Positions 25,691 to 40,644 of a DNA stretch of 64,000 nt are shown here, in pieces (positions within the stretch are counted from its first letter, which is position 1; each line of letters opens with the position of its first letter). Made by a program: the position numbers and the translations under genes. Where the stretch lies: NCBI GenBank assembly GCA_951406725.2, contig OX597821.1, forward strand, positions 102,176,001 to 102,240,000. The letters are read 5' to 3'. Under the pieces are notes generated by a model, which was not told the DNA's origin, ran no database searches, and worked only from the letters and a program-made list of their open reading frames with translations. Origin of the DNA: Octopus vulgaris (taxonomy: Eukaryota).

Positions 25691-26863
25691 AAAAAAATAT
25701 ATATTCTTTTGTTATTTCTAAAATCATCCAAAGGGTTTAATAATTTGGGTTTATGAAGTGTTAAAGAAAATTAAAACAAAAAATTTTTTTTGCAAAACTG
25801 AAAATAACACATTTTTCTCAAAATTTTTGACAGAAGTCATGAGAAGACTTGTATTGTGATTCCAGAATGTTGATAAATGTAAATCTGCTGAGACTTTAGA
25901 TAAATAATTTAAGCATGGTCTGGTCCCTTGCATGTAGAGAGTGAACTTGCAGAAATGATAGCTAACAAAAGAGCTGACAAATTCTTGGAAATTAAAGATA
26001 AGGCTGCCATTGTTGCTTAACCCTGTGTCTAACTTGGACCAAAAACTTAACTTCATCGACCAGTTCAACACCACCACCTGATATTTGGGTGCCTATAGCA
26101 GAGTCCACTCTGTCATAAGCATTTGGACCAAGTCTCTAGTTTGAGAGCAATCCCTGCACTAATTGTAGGGACCTTGAGAAAGAGTTAGAAATGCTACCCT
26201 TTTTCCTGAGTCGTGGATTGGCAGGATCATTACAGCAAATGTTCTGTGGTATTTATTCTAGCTCTTTACATTTCAGAGTTCAAACTCCACAAAGGTCAGC
26301 TTTGTCTTTCATCCTTCCAGAGTTGATAAAATAAAGTATCACTCAAGTATTGTATCCAATTTAGTTGACTAACACCCTCTTGTAAATTTCAATCCTTGTA
26401 CTTATGTTGGAAATAATTTTTATCATAAAGCAGCAAATTTGGCCAACTCAATAAAACATCAAAAACAATATCATTACAATTTTCTTCAGGTTGAGTAGCC
26501 CATCCTGCTCAAATGCTTCTTGAATAAGGATGTTGAATGAAACACCTATGTTTCCAAAGGGGAATTATCCAAACCCAAAGAATTCTTCTCAACACATGGC
26601 TGTGATGCTCCCCAACTACTTCTGTTCATGATCAGAGATACACATATTTTCAGCCACTAAGGGACATGTCCAACTGGTTACGGTCAAACAACTGACAAGC
26701 AAATATGTGTTATTGAGCAGAGTATTTGCTGTAGCCCATCTTTTATACGAAGACAAAACAATGTATATGATAACACTTCCAATTAGTTAAGATCAAAAGC
26801 CATGAGAGTCACTGCCTGGAACCACATCAGGGCATTTATTATTATTATTATTATTATTGTTGT

Positions 26864-27201
26864 TATTACCTTCACCTTAGCAGAGGTATTGTTTTCATTT
26901 GTGTTTGTTTGTTTGTCCATGGACAAGATATCTCAAGAATGCTGGATGGATTCAGATGAAACTTTCGGGGATGTTTGGCCTTGTGATTGGCACAAACTTA
27001 GATTTTGGGATCGATGCCGTACTGGACAAGGATTCTGGATTATTTTTCCTGGTTTTTTACTTAATTTTTGAGAGCAGTTGGGTTCACTTTTAGTATTCAA
27101 TTTTAGCATACAGATATTCTCATTTTAAAAATCATTTCTGGCTAATTGTTGAGAGGATGTTGGTGTTGCCTTTGTGGAGGTTTTTCTCTCTCTGAGTACT
27201 C
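26864..27201 (+). mobile_element. Helentron/HINE-like non-autonomous element
   Basis: Starts ttaccttcacc...agaggtattgttttc followed by (gttt)n, and ends tgtggaggt...ctctctgagtact. This subterminal inverted repeat plus internal microsatellite layout is typical of DINE-1/HINE elements. Confidence 0.5.
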
Positions 27202-27262
27202 ATTATTATTATTATTTGGTGGCAAGCTGGCAGAACCATTAGCAGGCCAAGCAAAATGCTTA

Positions 27263-27652
27263 CTCTCTTTTACTTGTTTCAGACATTTGACTGCGGCCAT
27301 GCTGGAGCACCGCTTTTTAGTCGAGCAAATCAACCCCAGGACTTATTCTTTGTAAGCCTAGTACTTATTCTATCGGTCTCTTTTGTCGAACCGCTAAATT
27401 GCGGGGATGTAAACACATCACCATCGGTTGTCAAATGATATTGGGGGGACAAACACACACACAAACATACACTCACACACACATACACATATATACGACG
27501 GGCTTTCAGTTTCTGTCTACCAAATCCACTCACAAGGCTTTGGTTGGCCCGAGGCTATTGTAGAAGACACTTGCCCAAGATGCCACGCAGTGGGAATGAA
27601 CCCAGAACCATGTGGTTGGTAAACAAGCTACTTACCACACAGCCACTCCTGC
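27263..27652 (-). mobile_element. tRNA-derived SINE family A inserted into a SINE family B copy
   Basis: Near-complete reverse copy flanked by a gctta duplication (27258-27262, 27653-27657). The host SINE begins at about 27217 and resumes at 27653. Confidence 0.88.
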
Positions 27653-28029
27653 GCTTAGCAGTATTCCTTCCATCTTTACCCTCTGAGTTCATATTTCCAT
27701 TGAGGTTGACTTTACCTTTCATCCCTTCTGGGTTGATAAAATAAGTACTGCTGGCCTTGTGCCAAAATTTGAAACCAAAGGAGTCGAGCTGGCAGAATTG
27801 TTAGTTCGCTGGGCAGAATGCTTAGTGGTATTTCGTCTGCTTTTATGTCCTGAGTTCAAATTCTGCCAAGGTTAACTTTGCCTTTCATCTTTTTGGGGTC
27901 AATAAAATAAGATATGCACTGGGGTTGATGTGATTGACTTACCCCTCCCCTGTAATTGCTGGCCTTGTGCTAAAATTTGAAATCATATTATTATATACAT
28001 ATTTGTGTTTATATATATATATAATATGG

Positions 28030-28283
28030 ATACTGGCCTCGTGCCGGTGGCACGTAAAAAGCACCACCCGATCGTGGCCGTTGCCAGCCTCGCCTGGCAC
28101 CTGTGCCAGTGGCATGTAAAAGCACCCACTACACTCACGGAGTGATTGGCATTAGGAAGGGCATCCAGCTGTAGAAACATTGCCAGATCAGACTGGGCCT
28201 GGTGCAGCCTTCTGGCTTCCCAGACCCCAGTTGAACTGTCCAACCCATGCTAGCATGGAAAGCGGATGCTAAACGATGATGAT
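28030..28283 (+). mobile_element. 5'-truncated RTE LINE 3' end
   Basis: ggcacgtaaaaagcacc repeats, ggcattaggaagggcatccagctgtagaaa core and a (gat)n tail, as at 44340-44490. Confidence 0.85.
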
Positions 28284-28929
28284 ATATATATATATATAGT
28301 ATGTATGCATATATATGTATACCCATGTATATATATATGTGTGTACATTCACTTAATACCTGATCAATGGACGGAGGAAAATATGGACAGAAATTCTCAT
28401 TTTATGTTTCAGCTGATATTCGGATGGCTTAAGTTGCATTATTAAAATTTCAATGATTTATATTTTTAAATCTATATAGGTTTTATTGTGTGTATTTACA
28501 TATGCATGTGCATTTTTATACATCTGCACATATATATAAATAATGTAAATATATGTGTGTGTGTGTGTGTGTGTGTATCATTAGAAATCAAGCAAAATAT
28601 TGTATTTATGTATATAATATCATACAAATTAAAAACATTGTGAGAAAGTAAAAAAGTACTCCACTTTTCTCATCTTTGCCTTCTCTTTTCTTTATTCTCA
28701 CACACTGTCTTTTTTTCTTACTTTCTGTTTCTTTATTACCCTATCTCACCCTCTTAGTTAAAGGAGGAAGAACAGATAAGGAAAGAAAAGTGTGTGACAT
28801 ATGGCCTCTTTATTAGTAATAAAGAAGAGAAAAGTTTCTAGCATTTAAGATAAAACAAAATAAATCAGCTATAGATAAAGCTCCCTTGGTCTTAATTGTT
28901 ATTCTTAGGACTTTATCATTGTGTATAAT

Positions 28930-29260
28930 GTATAACACTTCAGTCCTTAAATACTTGAAGTGCCAGATTCAGGACTTTATTGTATCCATTAGAGCCACAG
29001 AATGCAAGAAAGCCAACCTTCAAATCAAGGAGGTTATCCTAATCAAGAAGCTGAAACCAGTATTAGACAACAAATAAGAAGTACTAGAAGCAGACTGACT
29101 ACTATAACAGCTGCAGTATGTGCATGTCACTACCCTATCCCACATATCTGAGTAATGTTAATAGCTTTATTCCGTCATTAATTTCTCCACGTGTCCTGAT
29201 GAAGAGGTCCTCACCCAAAATATCAAAGAAATACAGGTAAAGCTTCTACTGTTCTGTTTT
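28930..29260 (+). mobile_element. Penelope-like element remnant (GIY-YIG endonuclease C-terminus plus 3' region)
   Basis: Translation TSVLKYLKCQIQDFIVSIRATECKKANLQIKEVILIKKLKPVLDNK resembles the PLE GIY-YIG end motif L-x-I-K-E-A-x-x-I-x-x-x-x-P-x-L-N. CTGATGA follows at 29196-29202. Confidence 0.6.
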
Positions 29261-30640
29261 GAGTTTTGTGTTTCATTTTGCATTGTTTCAGCATTAACAA
29301 TTTATCTAATGTACATGTGTGTGTGTGTGTGTGTGTGTGTATCATCATCGTTTAACGTCAGTTTTCCGTGCTAGCATGGGTTGGACGGTTTGAACGGGAT
29401 CTGGGAAGCCAGGAGGCTGCACCAAGCTCCAGTCTGATCTGGCAGTGTTTCTACAGCTGGATGCCCTTCCTAACGCCAACCACTCCATGAGTGTAGTCAA
29501 TATATATATATATATATATATTCACACACACACGTCTGTGTGTGTGTATATAAGAATTTGTGTTGTAGCTAATCTATTGATATCAATGTGAATGTCAACA
29601 TGTTTGTGTGTTAAATGTAATCTATTAACTTCCCACTCTTTTTTCCCCTCATGCATACTCTCTGTAACTCTCTAACTTCCTCTTCTAATTAAGCACACAC
29701 TTTCTTTATCTTTCTCTTATCATACTTGTTTCTTTCCTTATCTCTTCCTTCTCTTTCATCTCAACAGCTGCACATTATAGACCTTTTCAGTTAACTTCCT
29801 ATGAGACAAATAGACACAACACAAATTTGTATATTAGAAGTAGTTGTTAGTTTCTTTTACCAATGAACAGTAGTGGTGAGTATTTCAAAAGTATGGTTGC
29901 CAGAGTAAGCACAAGGACAGAAAAAAGTTCAGGAATCTATTACTTCCGCTGGCAGCAAATGAAGACTTTCTCTCTCTGTGAACAAAGGATTGATTTGGCA
30001 ATGCTTATGTATGAAGTGCTGCATTGCATGATAGCAAAATACAGGCATTGAATGCTTAAGCGAGAAAGCAGTAAAGCAAGCGTGGTCTGCTGGTGTTATT
30101 GTGCATCATCATCATCGTTTTTATGTCCACTTGCATGGCTCAGATGGAATTTGTTGAGGTAGTTTTCTATGGCCAGAAGCTCTTCTCATCACTAATTGTC
30201 ACCTGTTTACAAGCAAGGTGGTATTTCCCCATACTAGGTATATTTTCAGGGAAGAAATGAATGATAGAGCTTGTATGACAGTGATGATTGCTTACAATTA
30301 TCACACAATGTCAAGACAAAACAGATACAAACACACAAACATGCACACATACACATACAACAATGGTTTTGCTCTTCAAACTTATTGAAGAGGAATATGC
30401 ATCCACCATTGAGTCTGACAAGTCATCTATAAGGCCTAGTGCTTTATGGATGCAAAACCATTGGTTACTCTATGACCGGACATATATTTAACTGCTTATA
30501 TATATATATGGAGCAAATAATTTATGAGAAAAATAATTCGCGAAAATATAATTTGCAAAGATATCATTGACTCTGTTATTATCTAGTGTAACAATTTAAA
30601 AGTAACAGAATCAATAATATAGGTGATTGCAGGCCCTAAA

Positions 30641-30801
30641 AAGGATTAAAATGAATCAAAGGACATACTAAGTATGTCTACCTGCTGGAAATAACAGTTA
30701 AAACTCTTATTTAAGTAAAAAAACTTTTTAAACAAGAGTTTTGACTGTTATTTCCAACAGGTAGACATACTTAGTATGTCCCTTGATTAATTTTAATCCT
30801 T
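30641..30801. repeat. Near-perfect foldback (arms about 74 bp)
   Basis: Left arm 30641-30714 is the reverse complement of 30728-30801 with 5 mismatches, with a short A/T spacer. Confidence 0.95.
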
Positions 30802-31014
30802 CCACTATATATATAGAAGAAATTATATAAACAATAAGTAAACAAGAAATTGTAATTAGCTTACTGATGTTTCTGCTATAAAATGCAATGCGCTCATAGT
30901 TGAGTGTTTGTGTATCAATGTATATCTTTGTTAGAGCTCCAAAAATAAAGTGCAATTTTAATTGAGAAAGCATTTGTATTTCAGAAAACAAACAAAAAAT
31001 TGTAATAAGCCGAA

Positions 31015-31270
31015 GCCAGTGCCGACTGGCTTCCATAAAATGCACCAATCCAACCGTGGCCGATGCCAGCCTCGCCTGGCACCAGTGCAGGTGGCACGTA
31101 AAAAGCACCCACTACACTCACGGAGTGGTTGGCGTTAGGAAGGGCATCCAGCTGTAGAAACTTTGCCAGATAAGACCGGAGCCTGGTGCAGCCTTCTGGC
31201 TTCCCAGATCCCCGGTCGAACTGCCCAACCCATGCTAGCATGGAGAATGGACGTTAAACGATGATGATGA
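31015..31270 (+). mobile_element. 5'-truncated RTE LINE 3' end
   Basis: Same core and (gat)n tail as 44340-44490. Confidence 0.85.
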
Positions 31271-32548
31271 TAGTATAAAGTCTGAAGGATAAAAGCCACT
31301 CACAGAAATACATAGATTTAGATAATTTTGTATATGTATGGGTATAGAGATAGGCATATGTTGACCCCCTGTGTCAATAACTATTTATAGGCATACATAA
31401 AATGTAGACAGAATATCTATGTCTGGCCATGGGAAATATTTCCCATAGAGATATTATCTTGCTTGGAAATGAAGGCTGGGGACAGGAAGGGTATCCGGCC
31501 ATAGAAGTCTGCTTCAATATATTTCAACTGAGCCATTTAAACATGAAAAAGTTGACATTGAAATAATAATGATGATGATGGTGATGTGTGTGTGTCCCTC
31601 TCTTTCCCTCCCTCCCCCTCTCTATATATATGCACACACACACACACACACACACACATTGATATTTGTGCATGAATATGTATATATGTGTGGAAATATA
31701 GTATTTGTACATGTATGTATACAAATTATTCTTTACTCACACACACATACACATATATATACACACACACACATCATGGTGGCATAGCTGTCTGTTATTA
31801 TTGAACAACTTGAAAATGTCCAGACAGTAATTAAGATAGTATGTTTTGCTTCCAACACAATAGAAGGGACAAGAAATTTGTCTTGTTTTGCACCGAGATT
31901 TTGGGTCACCACAGTAAAACTTGGCACAAGTTTATGTACAGTGCAGCACTGCCACCACCATCGCAACCACCACCACCACCACTACCATTACTATCCCCAC
32001 TACACTGAACACTACTAATACCACCACCACCAATATCAATGCTGCCACCACCTCCAACACAAAGGCAACCATCAAGGAGCTTAAACTAATAAAAGAGTCT
32101 GCTGAAAATAGCAGCCAAATCTCCATCAAATCACACCCTTACATTTAAAAAAAAACACTTGTTGGATAATATAGTCCTGGATTACCAGCTCATAGAAAAA
32201 TAATTGGTTGGTCATAACTGGAATGCCTTTGATCATAGGCGGCCTGGGGTTAAACTACAACATCAAAACAACAATGAAATAAATCATGGGGATGTGTTTC
32301 TTTAACCCATTTCTGTACTACCATTATATATATGATGGACTCTCCCATCGGTTTTGACATATGAAGATTATATATATATATATAGGTGTAGGTATGGGTG
32401 TGTGGTAAGTAGCTTGCTTAAGAACCACATGGTTCCGGGTTCAGTCCCACTGCGTGGCACCTTGGGTAAGTGTCTTCTACTATAGCCTCGGGCCAACCAA
32501 AGCCTTGTGAGTGGATTTAGTAGACGGAAACTGAAAGAAGCTTGTCAT

Positions 32549-34310
<1,762 letters not shown>

Positions 34311-34602
34311 AAAAACTTATTTGGAGGAAACGAAACGAAACAACGCGAGGGCGCTCAGTCATACAATAGTGTAATAAATAAAATATATGCATACATACAT
34401 ACATATATGTACATACCTACATGTATATATACGTGAGTACAGGACACCACAAATAGACGTAGAACTCAACGAGAAACGAAAACGTAAAAACAAACATGGA
34501 AACAGACCTTTTGTTAACAACGAAAAAACAGTACAAGACAAACAACACAAGGAAAATTTCCCTTCATCAGCTGTCCCTAGTACGACTCCATGCGTGTTTC
34601 GA

Positions 34603-34667
<65 letters not shown>

Positions 34668-34668
<1 letters not shown>

Positions 34669-35057
34669 TAGCAGTATCACCCGGTGTTGCTTGGGTTTGT
34701 TTTGACCCTTTAGAATTGGAATTTTTGAAAAGTAAAAATTTTGCATTATGCAACTTGTTATTCTCTTCAAGTGAACATTTTTCCAGTTGAAATACACCGA
34801 AAAATGGTGACACAGCAGTCAAAAATCGTAAAAAATAGGAATTTTCATAGAAAAAAAAGCACCTTTTTGATGTAAATAATTTTTGGTGTTAACATGGTCC
34901 GATTTGAATTTTATCTTCTACAGAATGAAGAGCAAGCCTTCTTCTATCGTACTCTCAATTTTGGTCAACTTGCGCTGCAGGGTCTCGAAGGAGATAGTGT
35001 TAGTTGAAGGCTACCAAACCTGCCACACACAGACAACTTCAGCTTTATATATATAGA
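34668..35057 (-). mobile_element. Non-autonomous Helitron
   Basis: On -, starts TC(tatatatataaagctg) at 35057 and ends with a subterminal hairpin cccaagcaacaccggg and terminal CTAG (34671-34668). Inserted between A and T, with no TSD. Confidence 0.85.
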
Positions 35058-35741
35058 TTTGCTACACACTACTTTCCATCCTTAATAACGAAACTTTGTA
35101 GATCCAAAAGTTAAACACACAGACACACAAGTTGAGTTTTATATATATATATAGATTTTTCAACGGGGATTTCAGGGGAGAGTTTCAGGAAGTCACTGGC
35201 GATGTATCGTGATGATCAAAAATCCGGCCTGCTAAAATTTGGTTAAAGTGATTCAGACTGCAGACTCAACGCAAAATGGTCACATTTAATTCAAAGCGTT
35301 AAAAATGTTATGAAAACAATTGGTATGTGTTCACAAAGTCCAAATGATTAATACGAAAAAACCCTCCAGGCTACATCCCGAAAATTAATTTCTTTGCTGA
35401 ATTTCTACAATGTTTACGGTGATTCGTTTTTATATCTTGATTTTTTATTTTTCATGCAATTTATGCATGCTTACACGCATGGTGAACAAACAGCTGACTG
35501 AGTAAAGTTCACTATTCAATGCATGGGATAAGGCCTAAACAAACACATTATCGATTTTTGCACTTGCAAAATGAATTTTGGAACAGAAATAGCGCAGTTC
35601 AATTTTCATTCGCCTAAACTTTAAGTGACCCATTTTTGGTGGTTCTACGATTTGTTGGCTAGGAGATGTGCTGGGAAGTTAAGCACAGACACACACACAG
35701 ATACACACACAGACACACAAGTTGAGTTTTATATATATAGA
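35058..35741 (-). mobile_element. Two additional Helitron 5' segments stacked on the Helitron above
   Basis: TC(tatatatataaaactcaacttgtgtgtctgtgtgt) 5' ends at 35155 and 35741. No separate CTAG/hairpin 3' end was seen for either. Confidence 0.65.
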
Positions 35742-35949
35742 TGTTTGTGTGTCTGTCCCCCACCACACCCCAACATCGCTTGACAACCAGTGCTGGTGTG
35801 TTTATATCCCCATAATTTAGTGGTTCAGCAAAAGAGACTGATAGAATAAGTCCTGGGGTTGATTTGCTTGACTAAAAGCGTTGCTCCAGCATGGCAACAG
35901 TCAAATGACTGAAACAAAAGAGTAAAGAGTATATATACACACACACATG

Positions 35950-35985
<36 letters not shown>

Positions 35986-37129
35986 AAAGATTTAACATAA
36001 ACACAATAATTGGAAAATTTTATAAAACCATAAAAAACAAAATTAATAGTTAATTCCTCACCATACCTGGTTAGAGAGAGAGAGAGAGAGGCTTATTAAA
36101 CAAATACCTATCTAGCTAGCTAGATATTTGTTTAAGAAATTGATTGGTAAATTACTAGTAATTGAATAAAATGAAAATCAGTCTGCTCAGTTTATGTCGG
36201 TCCTTAGGAATTGTGGGTTTAAAAATAGTCTCTGCTGGCAGTTAACCCTTTTGATACCAACTCACCTAAGACTCTCTCAGTCTTTATGATGCAAACTTTG
36301 TGTTTTAAAGTGATCCATCCATCTGTTATTACATCCATCCATTCATCTCTGTCCACTATTCTTGAGAGGGTCATGGTAGTAGAGTCCTCAGGCAATTCTT
36401 TCATAGGGTCCTATCAGAAGCAGCTATTCTTATTCTTTCTTGCTGGATTCCTAGACATGACCAACGAAGGCTATGAATATTATCCAATCATCTCACCCTT
36501 GCTCTGCTCCCAGCCTCCTGCCATTTGGCTCGGATTGAACAATCTGTCTTACAATCCTTTCCTGTGACCACCATCATAATCATTTAACATCCGTTTTCCA
36601 TGCTGGCATGGTTGGGACACTTTGACAAGAGCTAGTCAACCAGAGAGCTGCACCAAGCTCCTGTTGTCTGTTTTGGCATGGTTTCTATGGCTGGATGCCC
36701 TTCCTAATGCCAACCACTTTACAGAGTGTGCTGGGTGCTTTTTATGTGATACCAGCATTTGTGAGCTCACAAGACAAGGACTTCTTGGCTGAGAGAGGGA
36801 TAGCCAAAAGTACAAGAATAGTACACAACATAAAAACACAAGACTGAAAATTAAACACTGTAAGGTTGTTTGTGGTTCTTTATTTTATTTTGTTTTGTAT
36901 CTAGGTTTTTTTTTTTGCTGTTTTGTTTATATTGTTGGTCTGTGACAGCTGTAGCTGACTTTTCACTGTTGTTGCTATTCTAGTCTTCCATACTTAACTG
37001 TAGCATTGAAACTGTCCCATTCTTCTTGTAAGAGTCTCTGCTTATATTTCCTTCTACTCTGCCATTTCTTGTAATTCAAAATGCCCAAAGGAATAATTAT
37101 CCACTGCCACAACACTGATAATGCATTAA

Positions 37130-37350
37130 CCCACCACCACCACCACCAAAACAACAACAAACTATCACACTATTACCACCACCACCACAACTACAAAGAC
37201 AACAAACTACCACACTACTATCACCATTACCATAACCACAAATTACCACCACCAACAGCAACACAACTTTCACCCTCCATCACCAACACCCTGTCAACAC
37301 AACTCACCACCGTCACCTCCACCACCATTGCCATCAACACCACCACCACT
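37130..37350. repeat. (CAC)/(CAA)/(CAT) low-complexity trinucleotide tract
   Basis: Directly visible. It gives His/Thr/Asn-rich spurious ORFs. Confidence 0.85.
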
Positions 37351-38000
37351 AAATTACATTGTAGTATTCCTTGTAATAATGGAAAGCAATAGTAAACAAG
37401 ATAGGTAAGCATGCACACACACACACACACACTTTCACTCACACACTTATACACAATTACACTCAAGGAAAACAACAGCAGCAGCAGCAATAACAACAAT
37501 AAAGAAAATAGGAACAACTTAATCAACATTAAACTCAAAAACATTAAACATTTGTGTTTGTATACATGTGGTGAGGCCACCACATTTAGATGTATGAGCC
37601 CTGTGATATTACAGCTACTGTTGCATCAACAACAACAACATTTTATTCTGTTATTGCAACAAGGGTGACAGATGAGAGGACTTAACTAATACTAACAATA
37701 ATAATAACAACAACACCAAAACAAACCACAGACATTCTCAAGGCACACAGAACTGCAACTGGTAGAACAGTGAAAGCACACAATAACAATAGAACTACTG
37801 AGACAAAAAACAGTAACAACACCTACAACAATAATAATAATAATTGCTGCCAAGCTTGTATTTCTCATTGGATACTGGATGCATTAACTGGGCAATATTG
37901 TTTTTATTAAAGTTTTTTTAAAAAAGTACAAGAGAGAAGAGTGAGAAAGAAAGAGGAAAAATAAAAGAAAAAAAAACACTTGGAAGAGGTAAAAACAGAA

Positions 38001-38531
38001 ATGTCTTACATTGACAAAGTGGATAACTGGGATGTTACAAGCGTTAGGAAAGAGACGGACAGTGTTATTACTTCTGAAAGATCAAAAAAACGAAGTAAGC
38101 ACAGTAGATCAAAAAAATCCGTCACAAACTCAACATACACACACAATTTTGAACCACCGCCACCACCTTCATCATCAGACTTCCATTTTCAGAACCCTCA
38201 ACTGCCTGAGGTGGAATCAACTTCTAACCATTCTTATAGACCGAATAATGAAAAGCAGCTAAACAATAAAGATAAGAAGAATTTTGGCAACTCTGCTATA
38301 CAGAAACCCAATCTGAGTACTTTTAAATCTCCACCTTCAACACCACCACCTTCCAAATCAGAAAGGGTTAACTCTGCAAATCCTTATATTGTACCTGTGG
38401 AAACCTCCGTTCGTTCGCAACCTGTAGCAATACAAACAAGGTGTGAAACTTCTGAAAATCAAGGATGGGCAAAGCAAAAATACAAGAAGTGTGTGGAAAA
38501 AGTAACCGAAAACCCTTTCCGGATTAGCAAG
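38001..38531 (+). CDS. Uncharacterised tail-anchored membrane protein, coding exon 1
   Basis: ATG at 38001 (agaaATG) opens 177 stop-free codons of non-repeat sequence (MSYIDKVDNWDVTSVRKETD...ENPFRISK), ending at donor AAG|GTTTGC, phase 0. Confidence 0.8.
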
Positions 38532-39242
38532 GTTTGCTCTTTTTTATAATTGTATTTTGTACAGGACAAAGGTCAGGATTGTGGGTTCCATACCATTCTG
38601 AAAATATACATGTTTAGGTATGGTTGTATGGTTAACAGACTTGCTTTTTAAACATGGTTTCAAGTTCAGCCCCACAGTGCGACACCTGGGGCATCTTCTA
38701 CTATGGCTCTGGGTTAACCAACGGCTTGTGAGTGAATTTCATATATATGTAAGTGGGTGTGTGTTCCTGTCTGCTTGCAACTGCCCCCCGCTCCCCATTT
38801 GACAACCAGCATGTTTCCTTCCCCATAACTTAGTGGTTCAGCAAAAGAGGCAGATAGAGTAAGTACCGGATTTTTAAAAAAGCAAAAAAAAAAAAAAAAT
38901 GCAGAAGTACTGGGGGTGATTTGTTTGACTAAAACCCTTCAAGATGGTGCCCCAGCATGGCCACAGTCTAATGATTGATAAGTGAAATAAAGAAAAGGTT
39001 GTCATCAGATAACACAATTAAGTGCACTCTTTGTTAAGATCTATTTTTAAAAAATCATTACTTTATCCTCTTTGACTCTTTGATAGGCATGGCCGTGTGG
39101 TAAGAAGTTTGCTTCCCAGCCACATGGTTCCAGGTTCAGTTCCACTGTATTTGGGCAAGTGTCTTCAAAAATAGCCTCAGGCTGACCAAAGCTTTATGAG
39201 TGGATTTGATAGACAGAAACACAGAAAGTGAAAGAAGCCTGT

Positions 39243-39291
<49 letters not shown>

Positions 39292-39714
39292 ATGTGTGTG
39301 TGTGTATGTAATATATATGTGTGTGTGTGTGTGTATGTAATATATATGTGTGTGTGTGTGTGTATTTATGTGTCTCTTTGTATTTGTCTCCTACCACTGC
39401 TTGACAACTGGTGCTGGTATGTTTACATCTCTGTAACATAGCAGTTCAGTAAAAGAGACCAATAGAATAAGTACTAGGCTTTAAAAATAAATCCTGGATT
39501 GATTCATTCAACTAAAAGCCCTCCAAGGTGGTGCCCCAGCATGGTCACAGTCAAATGACTAAAATAAGTAAAACATAAAAGATACCAAGCTCACCTAAGT
39601 CTACCTTTGATTCCATGATACAAAACTGACCAAAATACCAGCTTTAACTCTTTAGCATTCAGCTCATTCTATCAAATGGTGTGTTTAATCATTCATATTC
39701 ATCATCATTATATA

Positions 39715-39877
39715 GGTGCAGGAGTGGCTGTGTGGTAAGTAGCTTGCTTACCAACCACATGGTTCTAGGTTCAGTCCCACTACGTGGCACCTTGGGCAAG
39801 TGTCTTCTAATATAGCCTCAGGCCAACCAAAGCCTTGTGAGTAGATTTGGTAGATGGAAACTGAAAGAAGCCCATCG

Positions 39878-39910
<33 letters not shown>

Positions 39911-40078
39911 ATACATTTGTGTGTCTGTGTTTGTCCCCCCCAACATCGCTTGACAACCGATGCTGGTGTGTTTACGTCCCCGTAACTTAGCAGTATGGCA
40001 AAAGAGACTGATACAAAGAATAAGACCTGGGGTCAATTTGCTCAACTAAAGGTTCCAGCATGGAAACAAGTAAAAGAG
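39715..40078 (+). mobile_element. Intact tRNA-derived SINE family A
   Basis: A-box-like tggctgtgtggtaag, B-box-like ggttcagtccc, internal (TA)/(TG) tract, 3' tail aagtaaaagag. Neighbouring copies at 38615-38990 and 39085-39580. Confidence 0.9.
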
Positions 40079-40644
40079 TTCCATTTGCTTCAGACTTATC
40101 TCTAATTCTAGTGAAAATAAAGTTTTATAGGTGGATCTGTTTGAAACTCTCTCCTAAACTACCTTTGCACTTTGACTGCTTTTTCACCCTTCCAGTAACA
40201 CTGTAGGATAAATTTCCATTGTTCAAAGCTTACCCTGACTTCTTTCTATTTCTATTGGGTTAAACCTAAAAGGAAATAATAATTGAGTTATCAGCTGTTC
40301 AAGTGTGTATATATGGGTGTTTGTGATAACCTTCTACACATCTTCTGCCTATCAAATTTACTCACAAGGCAATTTGTGGCTATAGTATAGGGTATTTTCT
40401 GAAGGTGCTTCATAGTAGGACTGAACCTGAAATCATGTGGTTGTGAAGTCAACTTCTTAACCACACAACCATATAAATAACACACACACACACACACACA
40501 AAGATGCATTAATTATATAATTTAATTATATATGCAATTAAAAATCTAGGATGTAAATACCTTGGTGTACATGTATGTATGTGTTATTTGTTAGCACATT
40601 TATATGCATATCTTAATATTTTTCTTTCTCTCTTTCTGTTACAG

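Noticed and set aside
31921-32148. Thr-rich mucin-like ORF, and similarly the His-rich ORF at 37081-37392
   Set aside because: Trinucleotide low-complexity tracts without supporting splice structure.
34551-34604. Possible permuted hammerhead on - (cGAAAc...GTC...CTGATGA)
   Set aside because: Core boxes are present, but stems I and III do not pair convincingly in this copy. A family consensus would be needed.
37980-38000. ORF-track start MEEVKTE for the orphan gene
   Set aside because: It uses a TTG start. The first ATG is at 38001.
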